Positions 15,089-24,555 of a stretch of DNA of 41,285 nucleotides are shown in pieces. Under the pieces are notes generated by a model that saw only the letters and a list, made by a program, of their open reading frames with translations, was not told where the DNA came from and did not search any database. The stretch's first letter is position 1, and each line of letters opens with the position of its first letter. The stretch covers positions 1 to 41,285 of the IMG/VR virus record IMGVR_UViG_3300049171_000184. The stretch is one strand, 5' to 3'. A program made the translations under genes and the position numbers. Source of the DNA: a virus (lineage: Duplodnaviria; Caudoviricetes).

Positions 15089-15236
15089 ACGGGAGGGGGA
15101 GGGTCGATCTCTCCGGGCCCGCCGAGCGGACACCGCCTCCCGCCCACGATTTTCACGCGGGCGATTTCAAACCTGATTTTTTCCGGGGGTGCGCCGTGAG
15201 ACATAGCACCACGCCTCCTGCCGGTGAAGCTCGTTC
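15089..15236. other. Probable cos packaging-site region
   Basis: Non-coding gap between HNH and terS, where HK97-like phages carry cos; the exact cut site cannot be read from the sequence. Confidence 0.5.
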
Positions 15237-15740
15237 GTGAGCCGCGGCGGTGCACGGCCGAACTCGGGCCGGAAGCGGAAAGACCCGGAGCTGAAGGCGC
15301 TGGCCGGCACCACGCGCATGGATCGCGAGACGGCGGTGGGCGAGGCGGCGGCCGAGGGGCCGATGATCTGCCCGCTGCACTTGTCCGACCTGGCGCAGCT
15401 GTTGTTCAAGAACATCGCCTCGATCCTCGAGGAGCAGAAGCGGGCGAGCCCGCACTACGCCGAGCATGTCGCTCTGCTGGCGCTGCGGCTCGAACAGATC
15501 CAGCGCTTTCAAGCGGTGCTCGAGACCGAAGGCGACACCTTCACCAGCGAGTCAGCCAAGAAGGTTGGCGAGCGCCTGGTGGTGACCCGCCTGGTGCGAG
15601 CTCGGCCGGAAGTCGCGATGCTGTCGGATGCCATGCGGCACGCGCAGTCGCTGCTCGGCGAGCTGATGCTCAATCCCGCGGCGGCGCTGCGGATCGCCAG
15701 CGGCCACAAGCCTGAGGAGGGCGCGTTCGATGACTTCTGA
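15237..15740 (+). CDS. terS: Terminase small subunit (P27-like)
   Basis: RGGARPNSGRKRK...LKALAGT...RARPEVAML...LMLNPAAALRI. Confidence 0.85.
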   Translation: MSRGGARPNSGRKRKDPELKALAGTTRMDRETAVGEAAAEGPMICPLHLSDLAQLLFKNIASILEEQKRASPHYAEHVALLALRLEQIQRFQAVLETEGDTFTSESAKKVGERLVVTRLVRARPEVAMLSDAMRHAQSLLGELMLNPAAALRIASGHKPEEGAFDDF

Positions 15741-15921
15741 ACAGGGCGACGTACTCGTCGTCGAACAGCCGATCGGCCCCGAGATCCGGAAGCTGACGCT
15801 CCGGGTTCGTTTCACGGGGTGGAGAGTAGCTCGAGGCCGCTGTTGGGTGGCTGCCAAGCTGCTCAAACTCGCCAGCAAGATCGCCGGCGTGGGTGTGTCG
15901 ATCGAGTACGACCTGAGCTGA
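15730..15921 (+). CDS. Small hypothetical protein between terS and terL
   Basis: GAGGAGG RBS; fills the gap exactly. Confidence 0.55.
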   Translation: MTSEQGDVLVVEQPIGPEIRKLTLRVRFTGWRVARGRCWVAAKLLKLASKIAGVGVSIEYDLS

Positions 15922-15922
15922 T

Positions 15923-17686
15923 GTGGAGAGCCGCGACTACCTGGCGATCGCGCGGCAGTACGCCGGCGACGTCGGCAGAGGGAAGATCCCGGCCTGCAAG
16001 TCGATCCGGCTGCAATGTCAGCGGTTCCTGGATGAGCTGAAGGAACAGAAACGGAAGGAATTCCCCTACCGCCTGGACGAGGCAAAGGCTGCCCGGGTCT
16101 GCCGCTTCATCGAGCGGCTGCCGCACTCCAAGGGTAAGTGGGCCCGGTCAAAGGAGACGCTGCGGCTCGAGCCGTGGCAGGTGTGGATCCTCGTCTGCAC
16201 CTTCGGGTGGCTGCACAAGGCTGGGTCCCGAGCCGGGCTGCGGCGCTTCCGGGTGCTGTTCGTGGTGGTGCCGCGCAAGAACGGCAAGTCGGCGCTCTCC
16301 GCCGGCGTCGGGCTCTACATGCTCTGCGCCGACGGCGAGTTTGGCGCGGAAGTCTACTCCGGCGCCACAAACGAGAAGCAAGCCTGGGAAGTGTTCGGGC
16401 CGGCCAAGCTGATGGCCGCCCGCACGCCAGCGCTGCTTCGGAAGTTCGGCGTCGAGGTCAACGCCAAGAACCTGATGCGAGTCGAGGACAAGTCGAAGTT
16501 CGAGACGATGATCGGCAACCCGGGCGACGGCCAGAGCCCGAGCTGCTCGATCCACGACGAGTATCACGAGCACCCGGATGACGGGCAGGTCAACACGATG
16601 CAGACGGGCATGGGCGCCCGCGAGCAGCCCCTGCAGGTACTGATCACCACCGCCGGCGATAATCTGGCAGGTCCCTGCTACGCGTCGATTCAGGAGGAGC
16701 GCGCAAAGCTCGCCGGGATCGGCCACAACGGCGGCCCGCCGCTCGAGGACGAGACCTTCTTCGTCGAGTACACGATCGACGAGGATGACGACTGGAAGAG
16801 CGAGGCGGCCCTTCGCAAGGCCAACCCGAACTTCGACGTGTCAGTTTCCGGCGACTTCCTGCTCGCCAGGCAGCGGGACGCGATCGCGACACCGCGCAAA
16901 GCGGGCGCGTTCAAGACGAAGCACCTGAACCTGTGGGTGGCCGCCAAGGCCGCCTACTTCGACATCGAAGCGTGGCGCCGCTGCCGGGATCCGAACATCC
17001 CGGTTCGCGGCATCGATGCGATCGCGATCGAGATGCTGCGCGGCCGACGGTGCATCGCCAGCCTCGATCTGGCGTCGAAGATCGATATTGCCGCGCTCGA
17101 GCTGCTGTTTCCGCCGCTCGGCGGCAAGCCGACGGTGGACGATCCGTACTATAGGATCGGGTTCTACTTCCTGCCGGCGGAGACGGTGCTGAAGGTCGAA
17201 GCGTACCAGAACTGGGATGCGCAAGGCCTGCTGAACGTCACCGACGGCGAGATCATCGATTACGATGAGATCATCGAAGTGCTGCGGCAGGTCCGGAGCA
17301 CGTTCCAGCTCGAGCAGGTCGCCTACGACCCGCACCAGGCGACTTACATGGCCACCACGCTGGCGAAAGAGGGCTTCCCGGTCCTCGAGTATCGTCCGGT
17401 GGTGCTCACCATGAGCGAGCCGATGAAAGAGCTCGATGCCCTCACTCGCGCCGGCACGATCGCCCACAGCGGCTGCCCGGTGATGGAGTGGGAGATGAAC
17501 AACGTGGTCGCCCAGGCGGACGCGAAGGACAACGTCTACCCGCGCAAACCCCGCCAAGAAGCGAAGATCGACAACCCGGTCGCGCTGATCGCCGCGGTGG
17601 GCGTGGCCCTGGCGAAGGAGGAAGAGCTGATGCCGACTTCGCCCTGGGACGATCCCGAATTTTCGATGGCTGGAGCCGCTGACTGA
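15923..17686 (+). CDS. terL: Terminase large subunit
   Basis: LEPWQ, VPRKNGKS (Walker A), IHDEYH (Walker B), ITTAG, LDLASKID, YDP, KIDNPVA. Confidence 0.97.
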   Translation: MESRDYLAIARQYAGDVGRGKIPACKSIRLQCQRFLDELKEQKRKEFPYRLDEAKAARVCRFIERLPHSKGKWARSKETLRLEPWQVWILVCTFGWLHKAGSRAGLRRFRVLFVVVPRKNGKSALSAGVGLYMLCADGEFGAEVYSGATNEKQAWEVFGPAKLMAARTPALLRKFGVEVNAKNLMRVEDKSKFETMIGNPGDGQSPSCSIHDEYHEHPDDGQVNTMQTGMGAREQPLQVLITTAGDNLAGPCYASIQEERAKLAGIGHNGGPPLEDETFFVEYTIDEDDDWKSEAALRKANPNFDVSVSGDFLLARQRDAIATPRKAGAFKTKHLNLWVAAKAAYFDIEAWRRCRDPNIPVRGIDAIAIEMLRGRRCIASLDLASKIDIAALELLFPPLGGKPTVDDPYYRIGFYFLPAETVLKVEAYQNWDAQGLLNVTDGEIIDYDEIIEVLRQVRSTFQLEQVAYDPHQATYMATTLAKEGFPVLEYRPVVLTMSEPMKELDALTRAGTIAHSGCPVMEWEMNNVVAQADAKDNVYPRKPRQEAKIDNPVALIAAVGVALAKEEELMPTSPWDDPEFSMAGAAD

Positions 17687-18948
17687 TGGGCTTGCTCAAC
17701 AAGCTGCTCGGCCGCGAAGAGCGGGCAGCAAACCCGCTGGAGGATCCTACCGTCCCCTTGAGCGCGAGCGCCGAAGACATCATGGGCTTCTTCGGGGTGG
17801 CGTACGATCGAGGGCTTCTGCCGCCGGTCACCATCGAGAGCGCGCTTGAAGTGCCGGCCGTCCTTTCCGCCGTCAACTTCCTCTCCAGCACGCTGGCAGC
17901 GCTGCCGCTGCACACCTTCAAGGGTGCCGAGAAGCTCGACGGTGAACTCGCCATGCTGCTCAACGAAGCGCCGAACCCGGAGTGGTCGAGCTTCGAGTGG
18001 AGGCGTTACATGTGGCAGGGCGTCTTCACGGGCGGCCGAGGCCTGACGTGGATCGAACGGGTAGGCATCAGGCCCGTTGCGCTTTGGCCGATCGACCCGT
18101 CGCTGACCACGGTGGTGCGGAAAGGCGGACGCAAGGTCTATCGCTTCGAAGGGCGTGAGTACCCCGCGAGCGATGTCATCGACATCCCGTTCATGCTCAA
18201 GACCAACCAGGTCGACGCCTACGGGCCGATCGCGAAGGGTCGCAAGACGATCGCGCTGGCGATCGCGATGAACGATTTCGCCGGCACCTTCTTTGCCGGC
18301 GGCGGGGTTCCGCCACTGGCGCTCGAGGGGCCGATGCCCAGCGGCGCGGACGCATTCAAGCGGGCTCAGGCGGACATCCAGCGCGCTATCGACATGGCCA
18401 AGAAGGCTGGCGTGCCTTTCTTTGGCATGCCGCCCGGGCACGCCCTCAAGGCCATTGGTATCGATCCTGCCAAAGGGCAAATGACCGAAGCCCGGCTGTT
18501 CCAGATCCAGGAGATCGCGCGCCTGATGGACGGCATGCCGCCGGTGTTTCTGCAGGATCTCTCGAAGGGGACCTTCGCGAACACCGAGCAGCAGGATCTG
18601 CAGATCGTCAAACACAACATCGGCCGCCGGGCGAAGCAGTTCGAAGACGAGGTGCAGCTCAAGTTGTTCGGCCAGCGCCGGCGCACCCGCAAGGTGAAGC
18701 ACAACCTGGATGGCCTGCAGCGCGGCGACTTCAAGACCCGGAGCGAAGGCCTCGCACGGGCGATTCAAACCGGGCAGCTGACGCCGAACGAGGCTCGCGC
18801 GCTCGAGGAGCGGCCGCCGCTCGAAAACGGCGATCAGCTCTACATCCAGGGCGCGACCGTGCCGCTGGGCAGCGTGCCGGTTCAGATAGCCGACCCTAAC
18901 AAAGATCCAACCGAAGAGGAGGGCGGCGATGCCGGCACCGAAGACTGA
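17686..18948 (+). CDS. Portal protein (HK97 family)
   Basis: ALEVPAVLSAVNFLS, LLNEAPNPEWSSFEW, IQEIAR, TFANTEQQ, LTPNEARALE. Confidence 0.95.
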   Translation: MGLLNKLLGREERAANPLEDPTVPLSASAEDIMGFFGVAYDRGLLPPVTIESALEVPAVLSAVNFLSSTLAALPLHTFKGAEKLDGELAMLLNEAPNPEWSSFEWRRYMWQGVFTGGRGLTWIERVGIRPVALWPIDPSLTTVVRKGGRKVYRFEGREYPASDVIDIPFMLKTNQVDAYGPIAKGRKTIALAIAMNDFAGTFFAGGGVPPLALEGPMPSGADAFKRAQADIQRAIDMAKKAGVPFFGMPPGHALKAIGIDPAKGQMTEARLFQIQEIARLMDGMPPVFLQDLSKGTFANTEQQDLQIVKHNIGRRAKQFEDEVQLKLFGQRRRTRKVKHNLDGLQRGDFKTRSEGLARAIQTGQLTPNEARALEERPPLENGDQLYIQGATVPLGSVPVQIADPNKDPTEEEGGDAGTED

Positions 18949-19552
18949 CGGCCGAGAGACTCGCGCGGTCACCATCCCGCTCGAGGTCCGCACTGCGGCG
19001 CAGGATGACGAGGGTCGCACGGCCGCCGGCTATGCCGCGCTCTTCAACGTTGAAACCGATATCGGCGGCTACTGGATCGAAGAAGTGGCCCCGGGTGCGT
19101 TCGCCAAATCGCTGAATGAGCGCGACTGCCTCGCGGTGCACAGCCACGACACTGGCCGGGTTGTGGGGCGGCTCAAGGCCGGGACCCTGTCGCTTCGCGA
19201 GGATGAGAAGGGACTGGCGTTCGAGAACAAGCTGCCGGACACCAGCGACGGCCGCGACCTGATCGTCCAGCTGGAGCGCGGCGATATCGCCGGCATGTCC
19301 TTCGCCTTCCGGTCGGTCAAATCGGAGTGGGACGAAACACGGGACCCGCCCAAGCGCACGATCGTCGAAGCCGAACTCTACGAGATCACCTACACCGCCA
19401 TGCCGGCGTACGACGCGACCGAAGTGGGCCTGCGCTCGCTCGAAGCCTCGCGCCAGGAGCGCCGCGAGCAGAACAAGACTGCCGCCTGCAGCCGGATCGC
19501 CGCCCGCCGCGCCCGCCAGGCGCAGGCCGAACGGGGCATCCGCCCCGACTGA
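18929..19552 (+). CDS. Prohead maturation protease (HK97 family)
   Basis: GYAALFN, APGAF, HSHDTGRVVGR, LREDEKGL, GMSFAF, LYEITYTAMPAY. Confidence 0.95.
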   Translation: MPAPKTDGRETRAVTIPLEVRTAAQDDEGRTAAGYAALFNVETDIGGYWIEEVAPGAFAKSLNERDCLAVHSHDTGRVVGRLKAGTLSLREDEKGLAFENKLPDTSDGRDLIVQLERGDIAGMSFAFRSVKSEWDETRDPPKRTIVEAELYEITYTAMPAYDATEVGLRSLEASRQERREQNKTAACSRIAARRARQAQAERGIRPD

Positions 19553-19603
19553 TTACCCGGCCCTGCCGGAGGTGGCGACAGCGTCCCGCTTCGCCCTCGT
19601 ATG

Positions 19604-19624
19604 CCCCGCTTCGGCGGGGTTTTT
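19604..19624 (+). terminator. Intrinsic terminator-like hairpin before the capsid gene
   Basis: CCCCGC-TTCG-GCGGGG-TTTTT. Confidence 0.7.
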
Positions 19625-19642
19625 CATGCCCAGGAGTGAGAC

Positions 19643-20917
19643 ATGACCCTGAAGGAAATGCAGGAGAAGCGGGAAAAGCTCGTCGCCGACGCGCGCGCCG
19701 CCCTCAGCGAGATTACCAGCAACACCGACGAAAGCCGCACCGCGGAACTCGAGCAGCGCCATGACGCGATCATGACCGAGTTCGACCAGCTCGAGCGGAA
19801 CATCACCCGCGAGCAGCGGACGGCGAAGCTCGAGCAGGAGGCCACCGAGCGCCGCGAACGCCAGCGCCCGATCGGGCCCGATACCGAAGCCCGCGGCCAG
19901 GCCGAGGACGGTCAGGTCGAATACCGCGACGTGTTCTACAAGTTCCTCGCGGAAGGTGGCGACCCCTCGGCCCTTACCGTCGAAGAGCGCTCGATCCTGC
20001 GCAGCGGCACCAACAAGGACGGTGACATCGAGCAGCGCATGCAGACCGCGGGTACCACCACTGCCGGCGGCTTCACCGTGCCCACCGAGCTCGCCAACTT
20101 CATCATCAAGGCGATGAAGGCGACTGGACCGATGTACGACGGCGACGTCGTGACCGACGTCACCACGAGCGGCGGCAACCCGATCAAGATTCCGACGATC
20201 GACGACACGTCCAAGTCCGGCGCTCGCCGCGACGAGGGTGGCGCAATCACCGATGATGGCGGCGAGGATGTCGTGTTCGGGCAGAAGGCGCTCGACGCCT
20301 ACGTGTTCGATACCGAGTTCCTGCGTATCTCGATGGAGCTCCTGGCGGACTCGGCGTTCAACGTCGAAAGCCTGATCGGCGGCCTGTTGGGTGAGCGCCT
20401 TGGACGAATCGCCAACCGCGAGCTTACGACCGGCGACGGCGTCGGCGACCCGAATGGCATCGCCACGGCTTCCGGTCTGGGCATAACAGCTGCGGCGATC
20501 GCGGCGATCACGTTCGACGAGATCATGAACCTCGAGCATTCGGTGGACCCGGCTTACCGCGCCAGCGCCAAGTGCGCCTACATGTTGAACGATTCCACGC
20601 TGCTCGCAGTGCGGAAGCTGAAGGACAGCGAGGGCCGCTACATCTGGCAGGCGGGCAACGTGCAGCAGGGCGTGCCGGCCCAGCTCAACGGGCGGCGCTA
20701 CCACATCAACCAGGGCCTCGACTCCCTGGCTGCTGCCAAGAAGGTCATGCTGTTCGGCGACTTTGCCCAGTATTTCGTTCGAAAGGTCGGTTCGCCGGTC
20801 ATCGGCGTGCTGCGCGAGCGCTTCTGGCCGGACCTCGGCATGGCCGGCTTGATCCGTTTCGACGGCGAGCTCGGCAACACCGCCGCGGTCAAACACCTGA
20901 TCACCGCTGCCGCCTGA
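19643..20917 (+). CDS. Major capsid protein (HK97 fold with delta domain)
   Basis: Coiled N-terminal delta domain; GGFTVPTE, ISMELLADS, GDGVGDPNGI, KLKDSEGRYIWQ, FGDF, RFDG. Confidence 0.96.
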   Translation: MTLKEMQEKREKLVADARAALSEITSNTDESRTAELEQRHDAIMTEFDQLERNITREQRTAKLEQEATERRERQRPIGPDTEARGQAEDGQVEYRDVFYKFLAEGGDPSALTVEERSILRSGTNKDGDIEQRMQTAGTTTAGGFTVPTELANFIIKAMKATGPMYDGDVVTDVTTSGGNPIKIPTIDDTSKSGARRDEGGAITDDGGEDVVFGQKALDAYVFDTEFLRISMELLADSAFNVESLIGGLLGERLGRIANRELTTGDGVGDPNGIATASGLGITAAAIAAITFDEIMNLEHSVDPAYRASAKCAYMLNDSTLLAVRKLKDSEGRYIWQAGNVQQGVPAQLNGRRYHINQGLDSLAAAKKVMLFGDFAQYFVRKVGSPVIGVLRERFWPDLGMAGLIRFDGELGNTAAVKHLITAAA

Positions 20918-20933
20918 TCGACCTGAACCAGGG

Positions 20934-20960
20934 GGAGGGGCGCTTCGGCGCCCCTCCTTT
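20934..20960 (+). terminator. Hairpin/terminator after the capsid gene
   Basis: GGAGGGGCGC-TTCG-GCGCCCCTCC-TTT. Confidence 0.7.
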
Positions 20961-21004
20961 CTCGAGCTGCGCCTGGCGCGCGGTTCCAGAAAGGAGACGT
21001 GCCC

Positions 21005-21316
21005 ATGAAAGTTCGCATGTTGACCGGGATTTCCGGCGCAGACTTCAATCTCGTGCCGAAGGATGAGAGCGACCGGTTTAGCGACGGCGAGGCCGTGCGC
21101 CTCATGCTGAGCGATCAGGCGGAGCCAGCGGATGACGAAGCTGAAGCGGCGCTTGCGGCGGCGCGCAGCGCATCCGAGCCCGAGCCCAACCCCAAGCCTG
21201 AACCCGCACCGGAGCCTCCAGTGATCGCCCCTACACCGAACCCGCTCGACCATGATGGCGACGGTCGGAAGGGCGGCATGAAGGGCGTTCCGGCCCGGCG
21301 CACGAAGAAGGCCTGA
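21005..21316 (+). CDS. Small head-associated hypothetical protein (PE/PA-rich, DHDGDG motif)
   Basis: AAGGAG RBS; position directly after the capsid gene. Confidence 0.7.
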   Translation: MKVRMLTGISGADFNLVPKDESDRFSDGEAVRLMLSDQAEPADDEAEAALAAARSASEPEPNPKPEPAPEPPVIAPTPNPLDHDGDGRKGGMKGVPARRTKKA

Positions 21317-21321
21317 CGTCC

Positions 21322-21876
21322 ATGTGGCACTCGCCGGTCATTGTCACGCCGCCGGCCGATGAACCTGTTCTGCTGGACCGAGCGAAGGAATTCCTACGCA
21401 TCGATATGGACGATACGGCCTTCGACCTGGAGATCAGCACGCTGATCGCTGGGGCACGAAGCGCGATCGAGAAGACGACCGGCACGCGCATGATGACGCA
21501 GATCGTGGACGTCGCGGCAGACTGCTTCAGCGACCTTGGGCGCTTGCCAATCGGTCCCGTCGAGGAAGTCGTGGCGATCTCTTACGTTGACGCCGCCGGC
21601 GCTGAGCAAACGATAGCAGGGGAGCGCTACGAAACGATCGGTGGCGGCCTGGAGGTGGGCATCCGCCCGACCTTCGATGGCTTCTGGCCCACGCCGGCGC
21701 GCCGCAACGGCGCGGTGAAGGTCCGGTTGAAGGTCGGTTACGGGGACGGCGATCACACGCTGCCGGCGGATCTCTATGTCGTCCTGCTGCAGTGGATCCG
21801 CGGCGAGTTCGATGACCGCCCGCTCGACGACGAGACCATCGCGAGCCGAGTCTGCAACCACCGCATCTGGCTTTGA
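21322..21876 (+). CDS. Head-tail connector (gp6-like)
   Basis: PPADEPVLLDRAKEFLRID...LIAGARSAIEKTTG...VGYG. Confidence 0.88.
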   Translation: MWHSPVIVTPPADEPVLLDRAKEFLRIDMDDTAFDLEISTLIAGARSAIEKTTGTRMMTQIVDVAADCFSDLGRLPIGPVEEVVAISYVDAAGAEQTIAGERYETIGGGLEVGIRPTFDGFWPTPARRNGAVKVRLKVGYGDGDHTLPADLYVVLLQWIRGEFDDRPLDDETIASRVCNHRIWL

Positions 21877-21886
21877 GGAGATCACC

Positions 21887-22150
21887 ATGCGCATCCGAAT
21901 GAACGTGCCGATCGACGGGCGCGACAGCGTCGGGGCGTACCGCTTCGAAGCCGGCGCGGAGACCGACCGTTTCCCGGCCGCGCGCGCGCGCAAGCTGGTC
22001 CGGGTAGGCCTGGCGAGCTGGGCAGAGTTCCAGATGACCGCGCAGGGCGGGGGCTGGTACCAGATCGTGGGCCGTGGGATCGAGCAGGCCGAGAAAGTGC
22101 GCGGACAGGTCGCCGCCCTGGAGCGGCTCGAGCAGCTCGCAGCCAGCTAA
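21887..22150 (+). CDS. Hypothetical virion-module protein
   Basis: GAGGAG RBS before ATG 21887. Confidence 0.65.
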   Translation: MRIRMNVPIDGRDSVGAYRFEAGAETDRFPAARARKLVRVGLASWAEFQMTAQGGGWYQIVGRGIEQAEKVRGQVAALERLEQLAAS

Positions 22151-22153
22151 CCC

Positions 22154-22504
22154 ATGCGCACCCAAACGGCTCGCCTCGATCGACGCATCATCGTCGAGCG
22201 GCCAGTCACAGTTACAGAACAGCGGTACGGCACCGACGCCACGGAGTGGGAGGAGCACGCGACGCTCTTCGCGCAGGTGCAGGACGTGCTGCCTAGCCGC
22301 GCCGAGAGCGTGGCTGATGGCATCTCGGTAGCACGTCGCCCTTGCCGCATTCGGACCCGGTTCCGGACCGACATCACCGGGGACATGCGGATCGTGTTTG
22401 GCACCCGGATCATGCGAATTGTCAGCGGGCCGGCCGAGCTGGGCCGTCGCGAAGGCCTCGAGCTGCTGTGCGAGGAATACTCGACGGAAGGCGCCGGCAT
22501 ATGA
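22154..22504 (+). CDS. Head closure / head-tail adaptor (SPP1 gp16-like)
   Basis: LDRRIIVE...W...RIRTRFRTDITGDMRI...RREGLEL. Confidence 0.88.
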   Translation: MRTQTARLDRRIIVERPVTVTEQRYGTDATEWEEHATLFAQVQDVLPSRAESVADGISVARRPCRIRTRFRTDITGDMRIVFGTRIMRIVSGPAELGRREGLELLCEEYSTEGAGI

Positions 22505-23076
22505 GCCGCAACATGCCAGTGAAGGGGGTGAAGGAGCTGGATTTCTACCTCTCCTCGTTGCCCGAGCAGCTCCAGAACAATGCCTACCGCGCAGGCTTGA
22601 CGGCCGCGGCGGCAGTGGTCCGGAAAGAGGCGCGAGTGCGGGCGCGCAAGCGCAGCGGCAAAATGGCGAAGGCGATCAAGAGCGGGAGCCCCCGGCGCAA
22701 CCAGGACGGGAGCTATTCGATCGCCGTTCGGCTCGTCGGCGAGCACGCGTTCCTCGGCTTGTTCCACGAGTACGGCGTCGATCCGCACCTGATCACGGTG
22801 CAGGAGGATGAGAAGCCAACCAAACTGAAGAAGGACGGGCGCAAGCAGGTCCTGCCGATGAAGGCGATCAACAACCAGGTGCGTTCTGGCAGCCTGGTGA
22901 TCGGAACAAACTTCGTTGGCCCGGTGGTTAGTCACCCGGGCCACAGCGCTCATCCATTCCTGCGGCCGGCACTGGACGAGAAGGCCGAGGAGGCCGTCCA
23001 GGCATTCGCGTCTCGCATCCGACTGTGGTTCGGAGACAAGACCGGGGCACCTCTCCCGCTCGAGCCGGAGGAGTGA
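22501..23076 (+). CDS. HK97 gp10 family tail component
   Basis: VKGVKELD...RAGLTAAAAVVRKEAR...SGKMAKAI...EYG...HPFLRPALD. Confidence 0.88.
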   Translation: MSRNMPVKGVKELDFYLSSLPEQLQNNAYRAGLTAAAAVVRKEARVRARKRSGKMAKAIKSGSPRRNQDGSYSIAVRLVGEHAFLGLFHEYGVDPHLITVQEDEKPTKLKKDGRKQVLPMKAINNQVRSGSLVIGTNFVGPVVSHPGHSAHPFLRPALDEKAEEAVQAFASRIRLWFGDKTGAPLPLEPEE

Positions 23077-23077
23077 C

Positions 23078-23482
23078 ATGAGCGGTACGGAGATCATGCG
23101 AGCCACGCTGTTGAGCGGTCAGACGCTGCTTGCGCTCGTGCCAGGCGATCGGATCAAAACCGGCGATCTGCCTGAAGGCATCGCCCTCCCAGCGATCGCA
23201 CTGACCGAGGTTTCGTGGACGCCGCGTCGGCCGCTGAAGGCAGGCCCTTCGCGGCATGTGGCAGAGCGGGTCCAGGTCACGGTGCATGCGCAGGACTATC
23301 CGCAGCTGAAGGCGGTTCAGCGCGCGGTCCTGGCCGCAGCAGATGCCATTTTCCCAGAGATCGAGGGTTTCCTGCGGGTCACGGTGCACGCGGACAGCAG
23401 CGGCCCGGCCTTCAAGAACCCGCTGACCAATGTCCACATCGGCAGCCACGACTTTCGCGTGACCTACTCGGAACAGCGCTGA
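23078..23482 (+). CDS. Tail completion/terminator protein (DUF3168-like)
   Basis: LALVPGDRI...LPAI...RVQVTVHA...DFRVTY; position before the tail tube gene. Confidence 0.8.
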   Translation: MSGTEIMRATLLSGQTLLALVPGDRIKTGDLPEGIALPAIALTEVSWTPRRPLKAGPSRHVAERVQVTVHAQDYPQLKAVQRAVLAAADAIFPEIEGFLRVTVHADSSGPAFKNPLTNVHIGSHDFRVTYSEQR

Positions 23483-23542
23483 CCCGATTGCCGGCAGGCA
23501 ATACCCCGCCCGCCGATGCGCGGGCCAATCATGGAGACGATA

Positions 23543-24004
23543 ATGACCGCAAACACCTCGGCGGGGACCACGCTTGCCATTTCGGCAGGCAACCCGGCCA
23601 CTTTCGACGTCACCGGCTTCGCGGCGCTGACTTTCACCCCGATCGGCGAGATCACCAGCATCGATGGCAATGTCGGCCGTAGCTACAACCTGGTGACCCA
23701 CTCGCCCCTCGCTACGCGCGCGACGCGCAAGAAGAAGGGCTCGTTCAACTCCGGCCAGGTGACCATTCCGCTCGCGATCGATCGCGACGATGCGGGCCAG
23801 GTCCTCGCTAACACGGCGCTGAACTCGGACAACGACTATTCGTTTGTGATCACCGAGCAGGATGGGACGAAGGTCTACTACCGTGGCCTCGTGATGAGCT
23901 TCCCGACTAGCTACGGGGGCGTCGACGCTCTCACCACCGGCACGATCACGATTGAGATCACCGCCGACGATGATGGCGAGGACTTCGTCGTCGACGACGC
24001 CTGA
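23543..24004 (+). CDS. Major tail tube protein
   Basis: SAGTTLAISAGNPATFD...IGEI...KKKGSFNSG...DDAGQ; GGAG RBS. Confidence 0.88.
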   Translation: MTANTSAGTTLAISAGNPATFDVTGFAALTFTPIGEITSIDGNVGRSYNLVTHSPLATRATRKKKGSFNSGQVTIPLAIDRDDAGQVLANTALNSDNDYSFVITEQDGTKVYYRGLVMSFPTSYGGVDALTTGTITIEITADDDGEDFVVDDA

Positions 24005-24028
24005 CCCCTACAGACCGTGAGCTAGTTT

Positions 24029-24051
24029 GCCCCGCCTTGCGCGGGGCTTTT
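24029..24051 (+). terminator. Intrinsic terminator-like hairpin after the tail tube gene
   Basis: GCCCCGC-cttgc-GCGGGGC-TTTT. Confidence 0.65.
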
Positions 24052-24108
24052 CATGTCCGGTCCGCCGTCACGGAGGCGGGCCGGGCACCCTTCCGTGAGA
24101 GGAATATC

Positions 24109-24555
24109 ATGTACGACATCACCAAGAAGCGCGCGACCGAGACCGCGTCCATCGACCTCGTGACGGGCGAGGGTGCTCCTCTGCTCGACGACAACAACAA
24201 GCAGCTGTCCGTGACCGTTCACGGTCCCGGTTCGAAGGTGTGGAAGCAGGCCGATGCTGAGCGCAGCCGCCGCCGCACCGCTCGAATCGAGAAGAACCGC
24301 GGCCGGATCTCGGCTGCGCTCGAACATGCCGGCGAGGACGATATAGATTTCCTCGTCGCCATCACTGTCAGCTTCAATGGCTGGGATTACCCCAACCCTG
24401 CCAAGGGCGAGAACGACGAGCCGCTTCCTTGGCCGAGCCAGCGTGACATGTTCCGCGCGGCCTATGCCGACGACGGCATCGGCTACATCCGTGACCACGT
24501 TCGCACGGAAGCGACCGACTGGTCGGCTTTTACGAAGGGCTCGGCGAAGAACTGA
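24109..24555 (+). CDS. Tail assembly chaperone (gpG-like)
   Basis: Position between tail tube and tape measure; VTVHGPGSK motif; GAGGA RBS. Confidence 0.8.
   Translation: MYDITKKRATETASIDLVTGEGAPLLDDNNKQLSVTVHGPGSKVWKQADAERSRRRTARIEKNRGRISAALEHAGEDDIDFLVAITVSFNGWDYPNPAKGENDEPLPWPSQRDMFRAAYADDGIGYIRDHVRTEATDWSAFTKGSAKN

Noticed and set aside
17536-21253. Long antisense ORFs (17536-19020, 19553-21253) and similar shadow ORFs elsewhere
   Set aside because: They mirror portal and capsid genes; stop-poor antisense frames are expected in high-GC coding DNA and show no motifs
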